Below are positions 10,499 to 21,902 of a DNA stretch of 32,189 nt, one piece after another. How positions within the stretch are numbered: the stretch's first letter is position 1; each line of letters begins with the position of its first letter. The notes under the pieces are model-generated. The model was not told the origin of the DNA and ran no database searches. It saw nothing but the letters and a program-made list of their open reading frames with translations. The translations under genes and the position numbers were made by a program. This DNA is from Octopus sinensis (Eukaryota), in NCBI RefSeq assembly GCF_006345805.1, contig NW_021832158.1:1-32189 (forward strand), read 5' to 3'.

Positions 10499-10866
10499 CT
10501 GTGTGTGTATTATAAAATTATAGATATGTATATAAATATATATACATACACACATATATGTGTGCGTGTGTGCGTGTGCGCGTGTGTGTGTATATATGTG
10601 TGTGTATATATATAATGTATAATTGCATGCATGTAAATGTACTTATGTATGTGTGTATACGTGCATGCACGTTGTATGTTTAAATATGTTTATACATACA
10701 ATCGTACGTACATACATGCAGATACATACATACGCAAGACTCGTGCTAACAGTCATACATATATATATTACACACATATACACACACATATATTCATTTA
10801 TACACGAACATTCATATATATGTGTATGCATGTATGTATATTTGTATGCACATATATCTATATAAC

Positions 10867-10933
<67 letters not shown>

Positions 10934-11130
10934 CATATGTATGCATGTATATACATATACATGCATACATATATATGTTTTCATATTTACATACTTATAC
11001 ATGTGTGTGTATATGTGTATGTACGGCTTATACATACATACATTTAACCATACATGCATACGTACATATGTGTATGCATACATACATATATAGATACACA
11101 CATACATACATACATACATACATACATACA

Positions 11131-11160
<30 letters not shown>
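10390..11160. repeat. Degenerate compound microsatellite field
   Basis: (CT)n, (TG)n, (TA)n and (TACA)n tracts. Confidence 0.9.
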
Positions 11161-11161
<1 letters not shown>

Positions 11162-11864
11162 CTCTGTCGCTGAAGGTAGTTGTCCTTAACAAATAGTTTG
11201 GGGCTCAGTGGCGTGAAATAAGTTATCTATCTTTGATTAACGAAGTAACGTTCACGTGGTGCCTTGCAGAATGCTTTATGACTTTCTCGCTGAGACAAAA
11301 ACAATTGTCCTGGATGCCTAAATGGCAAGTGTTCCTACAATATTCTCTATTGAATACAGTTTCTGTCAGCAGTCATAATACAGTTTTATAGTTTAAGACC
11401 ATATTGGCGGCCTCGTTTAGCCATATTAATCTCCATAAATCCTTTAATCATATGTAATATTTTCGGAGGTGTTGGCTGCAAGAATTCATGGATACTTTAG
11501 TGTAGACATCTATTGTGATTTTATGAGGAAAAGCTAAATTTGCTACCCTCCCCATATACTACGTTCTCTTTTCTTTTACTCCTGTTCCCAAAACTCTGTA
11601 GAGAGATTCTTGTGTGAGTTTGCTTAAGGTTCGGTGTGGGGTAAGGAGTTAATTCCTACTTCTGTTGTTTTATATTAAGTTCACTTTATTTTTCATTTCG
11701 TTTCTTTTGTTCTTTTGATTATGCTTATTAAATTTTATTTATTGTATTGTTTTGCTTATAATTTTATTTTGTAATTATATTTAAATTTCCTAAACCGGAA
11801 TATGACAAATAATAAATGATAAATATGATAGATGGATAAATAGATGATTAGCCATATATACTCA

Positions 11865-11936
<72 letters not shown>

Positions 11937-12196
11937 CAGGCACACGCAAATGAGTGCGTGCGTGTGTATGTGTGTGTGTAATATGTAATGGTAAGATCCA
12001 AGGATCAAGGTGTAGGAAGTCAGTAAGCTTCAAGCAGTCCGTAGAAGATATAAAAACAACTTTCAGGAACAATATTTTTTTATCAACTTTGAAGTTCGAT
12101 AAACTGAAATAAGTTATTTTATAGTTTACGGTTAGCAGCAGGGGTTGTATGTATATACATATATAAATCCAAAATTAAGGAATGGAGTAGATAAAA

Positions 12197-12276
12197 TCCA
12201 GACTGCATATGTTTCATAGATAGCAGAACTAGTAATTGCCCAAACAAAGGGTAAACCACGAGCTACTCGTCGGGGC
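12197..12276 (-). ncRNA. Degenerate hammerhead candidate
   Basis: Minus strand: CCGACGA-GTAGC...GCTAT-CTAT-GAAAC-ATATGCA-GTC-TGGA. U4 is changed to C and stem I is weak. Confidence 0.4.
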
Positions 12277-12346
12277 AAAGATACCTTAATCAAATGAAGT
12301 TTACATAGTCGTCAAGGGATCCCTTGTTAACTGTCAGGAGTTTCGG

Positions 12347-12436
<90 letters not shown>

Positions 12437-12523
12437 ACTAATATAGGATAAAAAATTTTTCGGGAAAAAAATGTTATCAATGGCCAGCATATCAAAAAAT
12501 ATCTTTAAAGGTTAAATTTATAA

Positions 12524-12882
12524 ATAATTTACAAGATAAGGGCAAAAGAAAAATTCTAATCCCAAATATGCCGAAAAAAAGACAAAACTTTTCAATAACC
12601 ATTATAATTTATGCGTCCCGAAACAAAGGACTTGGTGTTTGCTTTTTCCATGGGTATGAGTAAGTATTTCACTTATATCTCGCGTATTTGCCGCTGAAGA
12701 GGAGAAAATTTCTTATTAATTAACCCCGAAATTTGGACCAATACGGTAATAACGAATTTTTTAGAATTTTCTATCGGTTTGTTTCGAGACGCATAAATTA
12801 TAATGGTTATTGAAAAGTTTTGTCTTTTTTTTCGGCATATTTGGCATTAGAATTTTTCTTTTGCCCTTATCTTGTAAATTAT
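12524..12882 (+). mobile_element. Foldback (MITE-like) element with about 104-bp terminal inverted repeats and central hammerhead
   Basis: 12524-12627 is the reverse complement of 12778-12882 with about 3 differences. The right end abuts (TA)n. Confidence 0.9.
12683..12754 (+). ncRNA. Type I hammerhead ribozyme, intact core
   Basis: Stem I TTGCCG/CGGTAA, extended by CGT/ACG. CTGAAGA at 12694-12700. Stem II GG/CC. GAAA at 12728-12731. Helix III ATT(TGGACC)AAT. Triplet ATA, with cleavage after 12743. Confidence 0.8.
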
Positions 12883-12894
12883 ATATATATATAT

Positions 12895-13092
12895 AGGGAG
12901 AGTTTACGAAAAAACAAAAGACGAAGATAGGTGGTGTAAAAAACAAACATGTATTAGTATAACGCTCAGGAATAGAAAGAGTCTTTTACGTTTCGAGCCT
13001 ACGCTCTTCTACAGAAAGGGACACAGAAAAAACAATGAGAGAAACAAGGAGAGAAAAAATGTGTCTAGTGGTTAACGATCTATCATGGCGTC
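12895..13092 (-). mobile_element. Short non-coding element between microsatellites carrying a minimal hammerhead
   Basis: About 200 bp of non-microsatellite sequence bounded by (TA)n and (TG)n. Hammerhead at 12983-13018. Confidence 0.65.
12983..13018 (-). ncRNA. Minimal type I hammerhead (Penelope-type), A6 changed to U
   Basis: Minus strand: CTTT-CTGTAGA-A-GAGC-GTAG-GCTC-GAAAC-GTA-AAAG. Confidence 0.65.
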
Positions 13093-13168
13093 TGTGTGTG
13101 TGTATATATATATATATATATAATATATATATATATATATTATATATATATATATACACACACACATG

Positions 13169-13201
<33 letters not shown>

Positions 13202-13232
13202 CACACACACACACACATATATATATATAATA

Positions 13233-13288
<56 letters not shown>

Positions 13289-13699
13289 GTATATATATTA
13301 TATATACATACATGCATGCGCGCGCACACACATATATATCCGTGTATGCATGTATGTATGTATTGTACAGATGTAGAAACAAACTGAGGTGGTTACGAAG
13401 TACTCAGTGTTAGAATAATAAACTAAATAATGAGTGACGCTGAAAAGTTCAGGTTCATCAATTTATCTGCCGTTCCGTTCTGGAATCTTCAAATTAGTAG
13501 CGAACATGATAAAATAATATATAAATATACAGGGATTAAGGAAGGGTTGTAGACAGCAGCGTAAGAGGGAAGAACAATGGGAGAGGATGGTTTAGGACAG
13601 TCAGTTCTGTAGTGAATATAACGGCTAAATGATTAAAACGTTTAAAATTTGTACCTCTTTAAAGGAAAGCAAAATTGCAGAATAATCAAAAAGTGAGGT

Positions 13700-14260
13700 T
13701 CGTAGTTTCAAATTTGTTTTAGATAATCCTGGTTTATGAAGGAGAAACATACTCTTTGCAAATGTTTACTTCGTCTTCTTTTGCTGTGTTGAAGAGAATT
13801 ACCTGTTCGTATGAAAAGAAATTACAATATGTGAAGTATTCATAAACTGTTTTGATAAAAACAAAAGTGTAGAAATGGATCCGTGTATCCACTTGATGGA
13901 TACTGTCTCAGTAAGAATGTTGTATATAAATGTTCCGTACATGAAATGTTAATGTATATATATTGGGGCTACCTCGAATAAGTTTTATTGCAGAAATTAT
14001 AACCACACCTGCAGCTTTGGGAATAGGAAGAAAGCCAATTTTATATCTTTGGCTAGTTTTCTATGGAAGTTTGCTGGTAAAGAGACTGCATATGAAAATT
14101 GCTTAGTTTATTATATGCAATTCACAACTATATAAAGTTAGTCGATATATGTAATTTGTGTATATCTAATACTTATGAAATAATCAAGTGTAAATCAAAT
14201 CTCATTAACCAACGAGATGAAGTAATAATATAATGTCCACACATGTACCGTACGTCTTCC
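13700..14260 (+). mobile_element. Decayed Penelope-like element, GIY-YIG endonuclease region
   Basis: With frameshifts: KCRNGSVYPLDGYCLSKNVVYKCSV...YIGATSNKFYCRNYNHTCSF...CNLCISNTYEIIKCKSNLINQRDEVII*CPH. This matches the PLE linker Cys motif, GIY-YIG and the C-terminal CxLC...LLNxRxE...CxH pattern. Confidence 0.85.
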
Positions 14261-14861
14261 TATACAATACTAAAGTTAACGTATTAGTTTTAATTTAAAT
14301 ACTTTTAATATTACTATTACTAGTCAGCCTTTGTAGATTTGACCCATCTAATTAATATAACTTCAATTTTCTATGTTTCTGTGCTTCTGGCTTGTTTAGT
14401 TTATCTAATTCTAGTCCAGACTGGGATACTTTTCATTGTAAATTAAGCATTACTACAGAGACAGTAATGGTAAATATGATTAGTATATATCTTTAATCTA
14501 TGAACTAATTATCTGTAAATTTTTTTTCATAAATTATGTGTGTGTGTGTTGTCCACAAATATACTTGTCCTCCTTATATTATACTGATAATTAAACCTTT
14601 TAGCGCAAACTCTAGTGCACTACTAGTTAACTCAAAAATGTAGCCTCCTTAATTTACTTCTAAATTTATGTTTCCCGTATTTTATTTGATTATATCTGAT
14701 TCCTCACTTTTAGCTTGTTCTTTCCATTTACACAATAAGTAACTTTAAATAACGCATATTATATCCTAACTCTTAGGGTTGATAGTGGGATAGCTTGATA
14801 GATTATTAGTTGTTGTATGTATGTAAATATCGTCTGTATGTGAATGTGTATAAATATTTAA

Positions 14862-14862
<1 letters not shown>

Positions 14863-14900
<38 letters not shown>

Positions 14901-14919
14901 TAGATAGATAGATATATAT

Positions 14920-15017
<98 letters not shown>

Positions 15018-15018
15018 T
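14863..15018. repeat. (TA)n-(GATA)n microsatellite
   Basis: Direct reading. Confidence 0.95.
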
Positions 15019-15996
15019 ACACGCAAATAATTATATAAACTGATTTGACCACTTAAATATAATGATAAACTTGTACTATTTTCTGAAATTACTGTTTTGT
15101 TATAGATATTTTGTGTAAGAACTGGTGTACTTGTGTGAGCGTGTGTATATGAATGTATGTGTATGAATGTGCCTGAATATATTCATGAGGTGTATATCTG
15201 TGTTTGCTGATGCCATCATCAGTGGTCTTAGAATGATATTTCAATCCTTCTGACTGAGCCGTGCATGAAATTCCAACAGTTTAGGCCACTTTGTAATGCA
15301 CCCGAGTACCATTACTAAAACATATACATTATCTGTAACATACCTGGTCTCCTATCCCCATCTTTAAACCCTTATTTATTTTGGTTTATTTTTCTTCATT
15401 TTCTCTATACTTTTCATTTTATTTATTTGTTTGTTTATTCATTTGTTTATCTTATTATCTATTTTTTTTATTATATGGTATATTCATTTAATTACTACGG
15501 GAAGGACAACCAAATTTTTTGAAAGCAAATCTTTATGATAACCTTATTCTTCCATATTTTATCTTTTAAGTTTTTGTATTTTATTGCATTTACTTTATTA
15601 TACTCTTTTTTTAAAATTAGTATTCACCCACAGTCTTTGCTTCGTTGACGCACTCTATATATGATAACTCTTATATTTGTTGAGAGTGAAATCAACCAAA
15701 TACACTTATTCTCTATAACTGTGTAATGAAAATATTTGCCATTTATAGCAGAATCTGATATTTTCACCTGCCATGAAATTTTCTGAAGTGTAGTCTGTTC
15801 GTTATGTTATAGTACAATTATATGGGTGTATATATTTATTCATATGTATATTCATTTAGATATGTGTCGCTTATGTAACTCACACAGATTGCGAAACAGC
15901 TGTAAACTAATGAAATAAACATCTTTTCTCACACGTCACTTCTTTTATCAAGTCAATTTATATATATGAGTACGTGTGTACGTTTGTATGTATGTA

Positions 15997-16060
15997 TGGA
16001 TGGATGGATGGATGGATGGATGGATGGATGGGATGGGATGGGATGGGATGGATGGATGGA
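15997..16060. repeat. (TGGA)n/(TGGGA)n microsatellite
   Basis: Direct reading. Confidence 0.9.
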
Positions 16061-16365
16061 GTGAAAGCTGGAGTGTAACATGAAAATGATTAAGGGTATG
16101 AACAGATAAGCATGGAACATCTCTCATCAGCCTCAGAAACCAGAATCAGGGCAGTTACGGCACGTTTAAAGTCGAAATACTTTTCGTGCGCGTGTACTTG
16201 TGTACTTGTGCACGTGTGTGTGTGTGTGATTATGTGCGTGTGTGTGATTATGTGCGTGTGTGTGTGCTTGTGTACGTGTGTGTGTATATTTGTGAGTATG
16301 TCTGTGTGTGCTTGTATGTTTATGCGTGTGTGTCTGTGTGTCTACGTGTATTTCTAACTGCCTGT

Positions 16366-16777
16366 ATACTCTTTACTCTTTTACTCTTTTAGTTGTTTCA
16401 GTCATTTGACTTTGGCCATGCTGGAGCACCGCCTTTAGTCGAGCAAATCGACCCCGGGACTTATTCTTTGTAAGCCCAGTACTTATTCTATCGGTCTGTT
16501 TAGCCGAACCACTAAGTAACGGGGACATAAACACACCAGCATCGGTTGTCAAGCAATGCTAGGGGACAAACACAGACACACAAACACACACACGCATATA
16601 TATATATAATATATATACGACGTGCTTCTTTCAGTTTCCGTCTACCAAATCCACTCACAAGGCTTTGGTCGGCCCAGGGCTATAGCAGAAGACACTTACC
16701 CAAGGTGCCATGCAGTGGGACTGAACCCGGAACCATGTGGCTGGTAGACAAGCTACTTACCACACAGCCACTCCTGC
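16366..16777 (-). mobile_element. Near full-length SINE family C
   Basis: tRNA-like head, internal (TA)/(TG) tract and (AAAGAGT)n-like tail. Matches 8760-9547. Confidence 0.9.
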
Positions 16778-17434
16778 ATTTTTGGGTGCGTATGTAATTT
16801 TGGCTAAATAAAGTGACAGTGATATCCATGAATACCTATATAAATATTGATAATGAGAGACAAGAAGATTGACAAAGTGATTGATTGTTAGTTAAAATTG
16901 TTAAAATTCTGTTACTCGCGATTTATTACTCCTTTGTTATCCCTCTTTCTATTCATCCCTTTTTCCCTGTCTATTCGAACGTTACGATTTCCTTAGCCCT
17001 TTTCCTACATTAGGCCTTTGCCCCCTTTTTCTCCGTGCTAAAATATTGATTCTCGTTTTACCAAAGTGATGCGAGACAGGAATCCTCTTTCTTCTCGTGA
17101 GAAGTGGCTTATTAACGAAATAAATAAAAAGAAATTATGAAAGGGGGAAAAAAAAAATATCATCTTCAGATATGCTTCTTTTCTTTCCCATTTTTTTTTT
17201 TTTTTACATTAAATGTTACAAGTCAAAAAGTAAATAAATAAATAAGCAAGATGGTGCGAATGTCTGTTACCGTGACGTTGTCACAAGACTTCCGTTACTG
17301 TCCGATCGACTTCTTAGCTTTCAAGGACGCTGAGAAAGGTCAGCAACGAGGTCGACAGTTGTCACAACTTTGATAACTTCAGCGAAAACATGCTGCTTTT
17401 TGGTGGGTTTGATCAAACTTTCTAGCCGTACAGA

Positions 17435-17636
17435 TTGTTGTTGTTGTTGTTGCTGCTGCTGCTGCTGCTGTTATTGCTGTTGTTGTTGCCGCTGCTGCTG
17501 TCGTTACTATTATTACTATTATTTATAGATTTATTTGTTTCTTCTATATCTATATTTATATCATGTCTATCTCTGTATCTATCTTTATATGTATGTATCT
17601 ATGTATCTATGTATGTGTGTGAATATATATATATAA

Positions 17637-17729
<93 letters not shown>

Positions 17730-17800
17730 CATATATATGTGCATATATACACATGCATACATACATACATACATACATACATACATACATACATACATAA
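17435..17800. repeat. (TTG/CTG)n, (TA)n and (TACA)n microsatellites
   Basis: Direct reading. Confidence 0.9.
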
Positions 17801-18498
17801 TTATTTTTTCTGTTTTTGTCTCATATTTTCGATTGTCTTCCAGAAAATTTTCTTCGCAAATCCGTCATGGCTTTTGTATTTTTGTAACATCCATCGGATG
17901 CATCTTCACTAACTTTAACATGTTAAAACATGCTCATAAAAGAAGTAAAATGTATTGAAAAGACAGAACATCTTCAACACTATAGAATCTAATTGGGTAA
18001 AAGACGTGGGGAAAGCAAAATTGGAATGAAACTATGAACCACAGATTTTTTTTTCTTTTCGCTCTTGTTTGTGTGATTTTATATTTTATTATATATTTTG
18101 TTATATTTTTGCTTACCTTCTTTTCTTTTCTTTTTTTTTTTAGTCGTTCTTTTTATATCTTCACTTCTATTTTTCCTGTTTCTACATTCTGTACATATAT
18201 AGCCTCTGAGAAAGCAAAGTATAAATATTTCATTGCGATCGTTACATGTATCGACGGGCAAAATGGCGGCGACAAACGTTTGTGCTTAGAAGTCAGTGGC
18301 GGCAGCAGCGGAGTGACGTCAACGAGGAAGACGAAGACGAAGACGAAAATGACGACCGACACAACGATGACAGCGGAGATGACAACAATGTTAACGACGA
18401 CGAATGAGGATGACATTGATGATGTTGATGATGGTGAGATGATGACGTCGACTAGGAGGAGGAGGAGAAATAAAGAAATTGAAGTAAAGGAGGAAAGA

Positions 18499-18500
<2 letters not shown>

Positions 18501-18546
<46 letters not shown>

Positions 18547-18645
18547 TCGTCATTTTTAACAAAAGCACAGGGCCAGAAATTCAGAAAGGAGGTTGGTCAA
18601 TTATTTTGATCCCACTCCTTCACTTCTACTTTATTTTATCAAACA

Positions 18646-18710
<65 letters not shown>
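18501..18710. repeat. Two (TAA)n tracts flanking a decayed SINE A 3' fragment
   Basis: (AAT)n at 18501-18543 and 18646-18710, with GCACAGGGCCAGAAATT...TACTTTATTTTATC between them. Confidence 0.85.
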
Positions 18711-18711
<1 letters not shown>

Positions 18712-19200
18712 TTCTTTTATTGGCCACAATAAACATGGAGGACAATATCGAAGGATGAGTTACAAAAAATTACAAAAACAAAAATATGTGGGGTTAACAT
18801 CATTCAAGGGAAGATACTACCACATTAAAGGATACAACAGTAGAGAAATAAATAAATAGATAAACAAATAAATAAACAAATAAATAGAATCTCCAGTAGT
18901 GGGTAAGTCCACTTACGGTAACTCGGGGTAACCCCCCACACACACAAAAATCCCGGATTACTCTGCCATCTCCAAGGCATACGAAAGTGCCCTCTTCCAG
19001 CATCTTTCCTCCTGCTTAGAAAAGCATATTCAGAGTAGATCCATTCAGTTTCACCAGTCTTGCCGTTGTTGACCACCTTTTGATAAATTCACTAGAAGGC
19101 AGCACCTCCATCTCCACCCTCACCTTCCTCTTCAAAAGATATTTGAAGAAATTAATGAGGGCTTGACCAGATAGGAATGTGCCTGTCTTCAAATAATAAT
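18711..19200 (-). mobile_element. 3' end (ORF2 C-terminus plus 3' UTR) of a Tx1/L1-like LINE
   Basis: Minus ORF ends LKTGTFLSGQALINFFKYLLKRKVRVEMEVLPSSEFIKRWSTTARLVKLNG..* (F..RW motif), followed by a T-rich UTR ending AATAAAAGAAA. The clade call is from recall. Confidence 0.65.
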
Positions 19201-19247
19201 AGACGAAACCATTGCCCATATCCCGAACGAATGCCCAAGACTTGTCC

Positions 19248-19795
19248 AAAACTATTACAAGTTGTGGTCACACGATAAGGTAGTGAAAGTGCTACATTGG
19301 AAACTGTGCGAAAACTGGAGGCTAGAGAGAGGCAAGACATGGTATGAGCACAAATTGCAGAGAGTGGCAGAATAGGAGACAAGCAAAATCCTTTGGGATT
19401 TCCCAATCCAAACAGATCAGGTGCTATATATATGCTATATAGTAGATGTTGCGTGCTCCTTTGACCCAGGAATAGTCAAGAAGGGAGGCGAGAAACTAGA
19501 TAAATACAACCCTCTTAAGTACGAAATAGCCCGGCTATGGAAAATGAAGAAGTGCCAATTATTGTTAAGTTCTTGGGAACAGTATCAGAAGGCATCGAGA
19601 GGAACATAAAAGAAATCGGAACCGAGTGCTCAGTAGAACTGTTACAAAGGGTTTGCCTTCTAGGCACGTCCTGAATAATAAGCAAAGTATTAGACAGTTG
19701 AAAAGAACAGATAGCTAGGCACCGTAGACTGCAGGCAGCAAGCCCGCTACGCATGCAAAACTCCAGGGGTTCCAACAAAAGCTGAAATAAAAAGA

Positions 19796-19797
<2 letters not shown>
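19248..19797 (+). mobile_element. R4/Dong-clade LINE 3' fragment (restriction-like endonuclease), internally deleted
   Basis: HDKVVKVLHWKLCE...WYEH...KILWDFPIQTD...IVDVAC...EKLDKYNPLKYEIARLW...LLQRVCLLGT. Ends in (TAA)n. Confidence 0.88.
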
Positions 19798-19845
<48 letters not shown>

Positions 19846-19849
<4 letters not shown>

Positions 19850-21116
19850 TGGACACGAAATGAACTGTCCAAAATAGATAGGAAAACAAGAAAAATACTG
19901 ACAGGATCAAGGATGCATCACCCAAAATCTGACATAGAAAGACTATATATACAACGTATAGAAGGTGGTAGAGGCCTTATACAGCTGGAAAACTACTATA
20001 AAATAACCACCATAGGACTGCAAAATACCTACTTCAGAAGGAAGGAAAACTGATCCAGATAGCAGCAAAACACGAGCAAAACAAAAAACTGTTCTCAGTA
20101 TTTAAGGAAGCTGACAAATACAAACAAGAAACCATACCACCTAATAAACACAAAGAAGAAGATGATGAAGAAACAACAAAAGCTATAAACAAATGAAATC
20201 CAAACTAAAATAGAACAGCAACGAGCCATGATAAAACAATGGCAAGAAAAGCCCCTTCATGGTAATACTGCACTAAACTAAACGCAAAAGAAATAGACAA
20301 AGAAAAATCCCAGCAATGGTTGAGAAGCTCAGGACTCAAAGCAGAAACAGAGGGATTTTTAATTGCAGCACAAGACCAAAGCCTCCCCACCAGAAATTAC
20401 CAAAAACATGTAATGAAAAGAAATATTACAAGTAACTGCAGAATATGTGGAGATGGACAAGAAGCAATAAATCATATTATCTCTAGCTGCCCAGTCCTGG
20501 CTAAGAAGGAATATATTCACAGACATGACAGAGTTGGAACCTACATACATTGGAAGCTATGCCAACATTATGGAATAACAACAGAAAAAAGATGGTATAG
20601 GCACACACCAGAAAAGGTCACAGAAAACGAGAAAGCAACCATACTCTGGGATATGCCGATACACACAGATAGAGAAATTAAGGCCAACAGACCAGATATA
20701 GTTGTCAGAGATCATGAAGAAAAAAAATGCTTTCTAATTGATGTATCAATACCGGCAGATGACAACGTGTCTCTAAAAGAAATGGAGAAACTCTCAAAAT
20801 ACAAAGACCTGGAAATAGAGGTAACCAGAATGTGAAATCTAAAAACAGAAACAATTCCTATCATAGTAGGTGCATTAGGCATGATAAAAAAATATTCAGA
20901 CAAATACATAACAAAAACACCAGGACTTACAAACACATATAACATACAGAAAATTGCACTACTAGGCACTGTACACATCCTACACAGAACACTTTCCATA
21001 CAATAACCATCAGAGCATCACAACAAATCACAACACATACCCAAGGCACACAGAGCTGCGCTCGGTAGTGAGGTGAAAGCACGCTATAAAAAATTTTAAA
21101 AAATGAAACTACTGAA
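19846..21116 (+). mobile_element. 5'-truncated R4/Dong-clade LINE (thumb, CCHC knuckle, RLE endonuclease, 3' UTR)
   Basis: HHPKSDIERLY..GGRGL; ETEGFLIAAQDQ; CRIC-x7-HIISSC; RHD; RPDIVV...IDVS...EKLSKY. A few stops and frameshifts. Flanked on both sides by (TAA)n. Confidence 0.95.
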
Positions 21117-21153
21117 TAATAATAATAATAATAATAACAATAACAACAACAAT

Positions 21154-21183
<30 letters not shown>

Positions 21184-21184
<1 letters not shown>

Positions 21185-21322
21185 TTCTTTCTACTATAGG
21201 CACAAGGCCAGCAATTGGGGGAGGGTCTAGTCGATTACATCAATCCTATAACTTGAACTTATTTTATCGACTCCAAAAGCATAAAAGGCGAAGTAGACCT
21301 CGGAGGAATTTGAACTCAGAAT
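21184..21322 (-). mobile_element. 5'-truncated SINE family A
   Basis: ATTCTTTCTACTATAGGCACAAGGCC...GACCTCGGAGGAATTTGAACTCAGAA. Confidence 0.85.
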
Positions 21323-21527
21323 TAATTTTACCACTTTTATTATTTCACACTGGAATTTGTAAGAGATATGTGATGTTTTCGAATATATAGGATTACCTTT
21401 TCCAGTGTGGTCCTTCTTTTTTTAAGACGTGTTTGTGATATCTGAAGGAGATTTAGCTGCTATTTCTACTAGGGCGAGGATACTACATATTAGCTATTTC
21501 ATTGGCTAGAATCGATATAGGTAGAAT

Positions 21528-21690
21528 GGGTGATGTATTAGTAGGATCGTTAGAGCGTAAAAAAAAGATAAAAAGATGCGACATTTTATTGCAGTCTACT
21601 ATGTTCCCAGTTGAAGCTCTATCATAATCTACTTCGCCTTTCATGCTTCTGGGGTCGATAAAATAATATACGAGTCAAGAAGCGGAGCGG
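21528..21690 (+). mobile_element. Old SINE family A copy
   Basis: CTTCGCCTTTCATGCTTCTGGGGTCGATAAAATAA core. Confidence 0.65.
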
Positions 21691-21792
21691 ATTCAATATT
21701 TCCATAAAGCATCCTCGATGCGAATGGAATTATAATAGAAGACTAACCCTAAGACCTCAGCACTTGACTGAGGTACCCCGGCAGGATGGTGT

Positions 21793-21867
21793 TGAAGAAG
21801 AAGAAGAAGAAGAAGAAGAAGAAGAAGAAGAAGAAGAAGAGAAGAAGAAGAAGAAGAAGAAAAAGAA

Positions 21868-21902
<35 letters not shown>

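Noticed and set aside
11200-11640. Possible decayed LINE AP-endonuclease on minus
   Set aside because: Only vague motif echoes, which cannot be supported without a profile search.
16105-16180. Permuted hammerhead-like order AAAC..GTA...CTGATGA on minus (similar at 29530-29590 and 31560-31630)
   Set aside because: Stem I does not pair and core bases are missing.
18034-18504. 156-aa ORF with hydrophobic N-terminus and acidic tail
   Set aside because: Built from T-rich and (GAC/GAT/GAG)n low-complexity sequence, with no family signal.
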